Source: Tubulanus polymorphus (lineage: Eukaryota > Animalia > Nemertea). Taken from it: a DNA stretch of 64,000 nt. The notes under the pieces are model-generated. The model did no database searches. It was not told where the DNA came from and was given only the letters and a program-made list of their open reading frames with translations. A program made the position numbers and the translations under genes. How positions within the stretch are numbered: position 1 is the first letter of the stretch; each line of letters begins with the position of its first letter. Shown piece after piece: positions 62,360-64,000 of this stretch. The stretch spans positions 14,230,485 to 14,294,484 of the forward strand of contig NC_134027.1 of the NCBI RefSeq assembly GCF_964204645.1, in the 5' to 3' direction.

Positions 62360-64000
62360 AAAAATATAGCTGCAAAGCAGCGATAACGGGTTTTCTGCAC
62401 AGTCATAGAATCCTGTTCAACGGTGGATTTCGACGAAGCATTTGATAAGGCACAACATCAGCCATTACTAAACAGGCTATTATGAAACAATATCAATGAT
62501 AGGTCACCCAAATGGCTCAGCAGTTATCTCTGAACGAAAACTTGTAGCCGAAATCAACGGAACGCCTCATCTTGGAATAAGTCGATAAACACTTCAAGCG
62601 ACACAGCGAACGATCTCCTTTCCCCCACAGCGAACGCTTAACGCTACTAGCCTATGTAGGCCTATGTATACGCGTAGGCCTATTATCCGGACAGATTGGT
62701 CGTAGGCATATTGAATAACAACCCACCTAATTATCGTAAATTTTGTTTTGAAGTTCAATCCAATGAGTCTGTTAATAAACGCAACAATTGTACTGTGTTT
62801 GTTTGATACAGTAAAGCTCAGTACCGGTAGGCCTAAAGCCGCGTCAAACTCGATAAACACTTCAAGCGACACAGCGAACGATCCCTTTCCCCCACAGCGA
62901 ACGCTTACTCCGAATGTCAAGTGTGAGTCCAGCATACGGATAGTAGTGTGTTATATACTTGTATTTAGTAAATACCTTGTGCATTTGACAATGATCGGTA
63001 TGTACTGTAGGAAATATAGAGTATTGATGGTAATGATATAGAGGTTGAAGCCCGCGGCCGAATAAAGTAATATATTCTTTTATTTTGATACCTCGTCGAC
63101 ATAACAGCTTTTCTCCGCTATATCTCTTCGGCGTGTTTCGTTTAGGCCTACGATTCCCCGGTACACTAAAGATTTATCTTAGTAAATACACGGTTAATTT
63201 GGTAAAGAAATATAGGTATTGTTATACTAACTCCTTGAAACCCGCAGCCAAATCACTGGTAGTAATATATTAATTTGTACTCGATTTGATTCTCGTGATG
63301 AGGAGAAACTCGCAGCTGATCCCCGGAACGACGATGTAGTAACACACGTCGATTCGTCGATGTTTACGGCTCGACAGTGCTTTTAAAATCTAAAGTAGTA
63401 AATTTCCAGTATATCGGTAATAGGATTTGATGAGGAAAATGGGCTATTGTTAAAATCACTGTTTGAAGACCGCGACTGAATTTGATATCTGCGGCAATAA
63501 ATTAGTTCATTTATACTTGAATTGATAATCGAAGTGACAGTCGGCCTGCGGGTTGATTTCGGGATGACGACTCGAAAAACATGTCGCCCCATTGAATGGG
63601 GCTAAATTTTCGATGTTTACGGCCCGACAGCGCTTTTGTAACGATGATTCGTGAAAAAACACGCGGGCTATTTGTAGATCTCAGTGAGCTGAACGATATT
63701 ATATGGATTGTATATGAAACAGCGGTAAAAACCAAAATGGTGAATTGTCGCGGGCGACAAAACCAAAATAATGAATTGTCGCTGGCGATAAAACCAAAAT
63801 GGTGAATTATCGCGGGCGACAAAACCAAAATGGTGAATTGTCGCGGGCGACAAAACCAAAATAATGAATTGTCGCGGGCGATAAAACCAAAATAATGAAT
63901 TGTCGCCAGCGATAAAACCAAAATAATGAATTGTCGCGGGTGACAAAACCAAAATGGTGAATTGTCTCGGGCGACAAAACCAAAATGGTGAATTATCGCG
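62360..64000 (-). mobile_element. Family A Helentron-derived copy (3' part, inverted)
   Basis: AAATATAGCTGCAAAGCAGCGATAACGGGTTTTCTGC 3' end; reverse-complement match to 38540-40660 and 47910-48132. Confidence 0.75.
63728..64000. repeat. 31-bp minisatellite (about 9 units, runs off the window)
   Basis: AAAACCAAAAT(GG/AA)TGAATTGTCGCGGGCGA(C/T) head-to-tail. Confidence 0.95.

Noticed and set aside
63728-64000. CRISPR-like 31-bp palindromic repeats
   Set aside because: Units are contiguous with no unique spacers, there are no cas genes, and the context is eukaryotic.

Overview
AT-rich eukaryotic (invertebrate-like) genomic DNA, not prokaryotic. The only clear host gene is imidazolonepropionase (AMDHD1/HutI). 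Its last three exons (3506-3724, 57412-57572, 57658-57739) flank a ~53.7 kb intron filled with nested mobile DNA. The intron contains: (i) a full-length but decayed 17.4 kb Polinton/Maverick-type endogenous virus (5357-22758, TSD TACATG) with pPolB, rve integrase, packaging ATPase, intact major capsid ORF and penton, no recognisable protease, ~560 bp TIRs that each begin with a 410 bp self-complementary cassette, and TAAATG at most start codons; (ii) tandem Helentron-derived non-autonomous elements hosting an intact Sola1-type transposon, a P-superfamily transposon, a TIR MITE and a DIRS retrotransposon; (iii) LINE, Copia, Helitron and two further Polinton-terminus relics. The two most unusual items are the P-like element (28647-34251) and the hairpin-ended Polinton family. 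The P-like transposase appears to carry a RAG1/Chapaev-like N-terminal zinc module instead of THAP and ends early. It faces, 11 bp away, a convergent spliced gene encoding a PHD finger plus a P-transposase C-terminal-like domain. All protein assignments come from motif recognition by eye; no searches were run.
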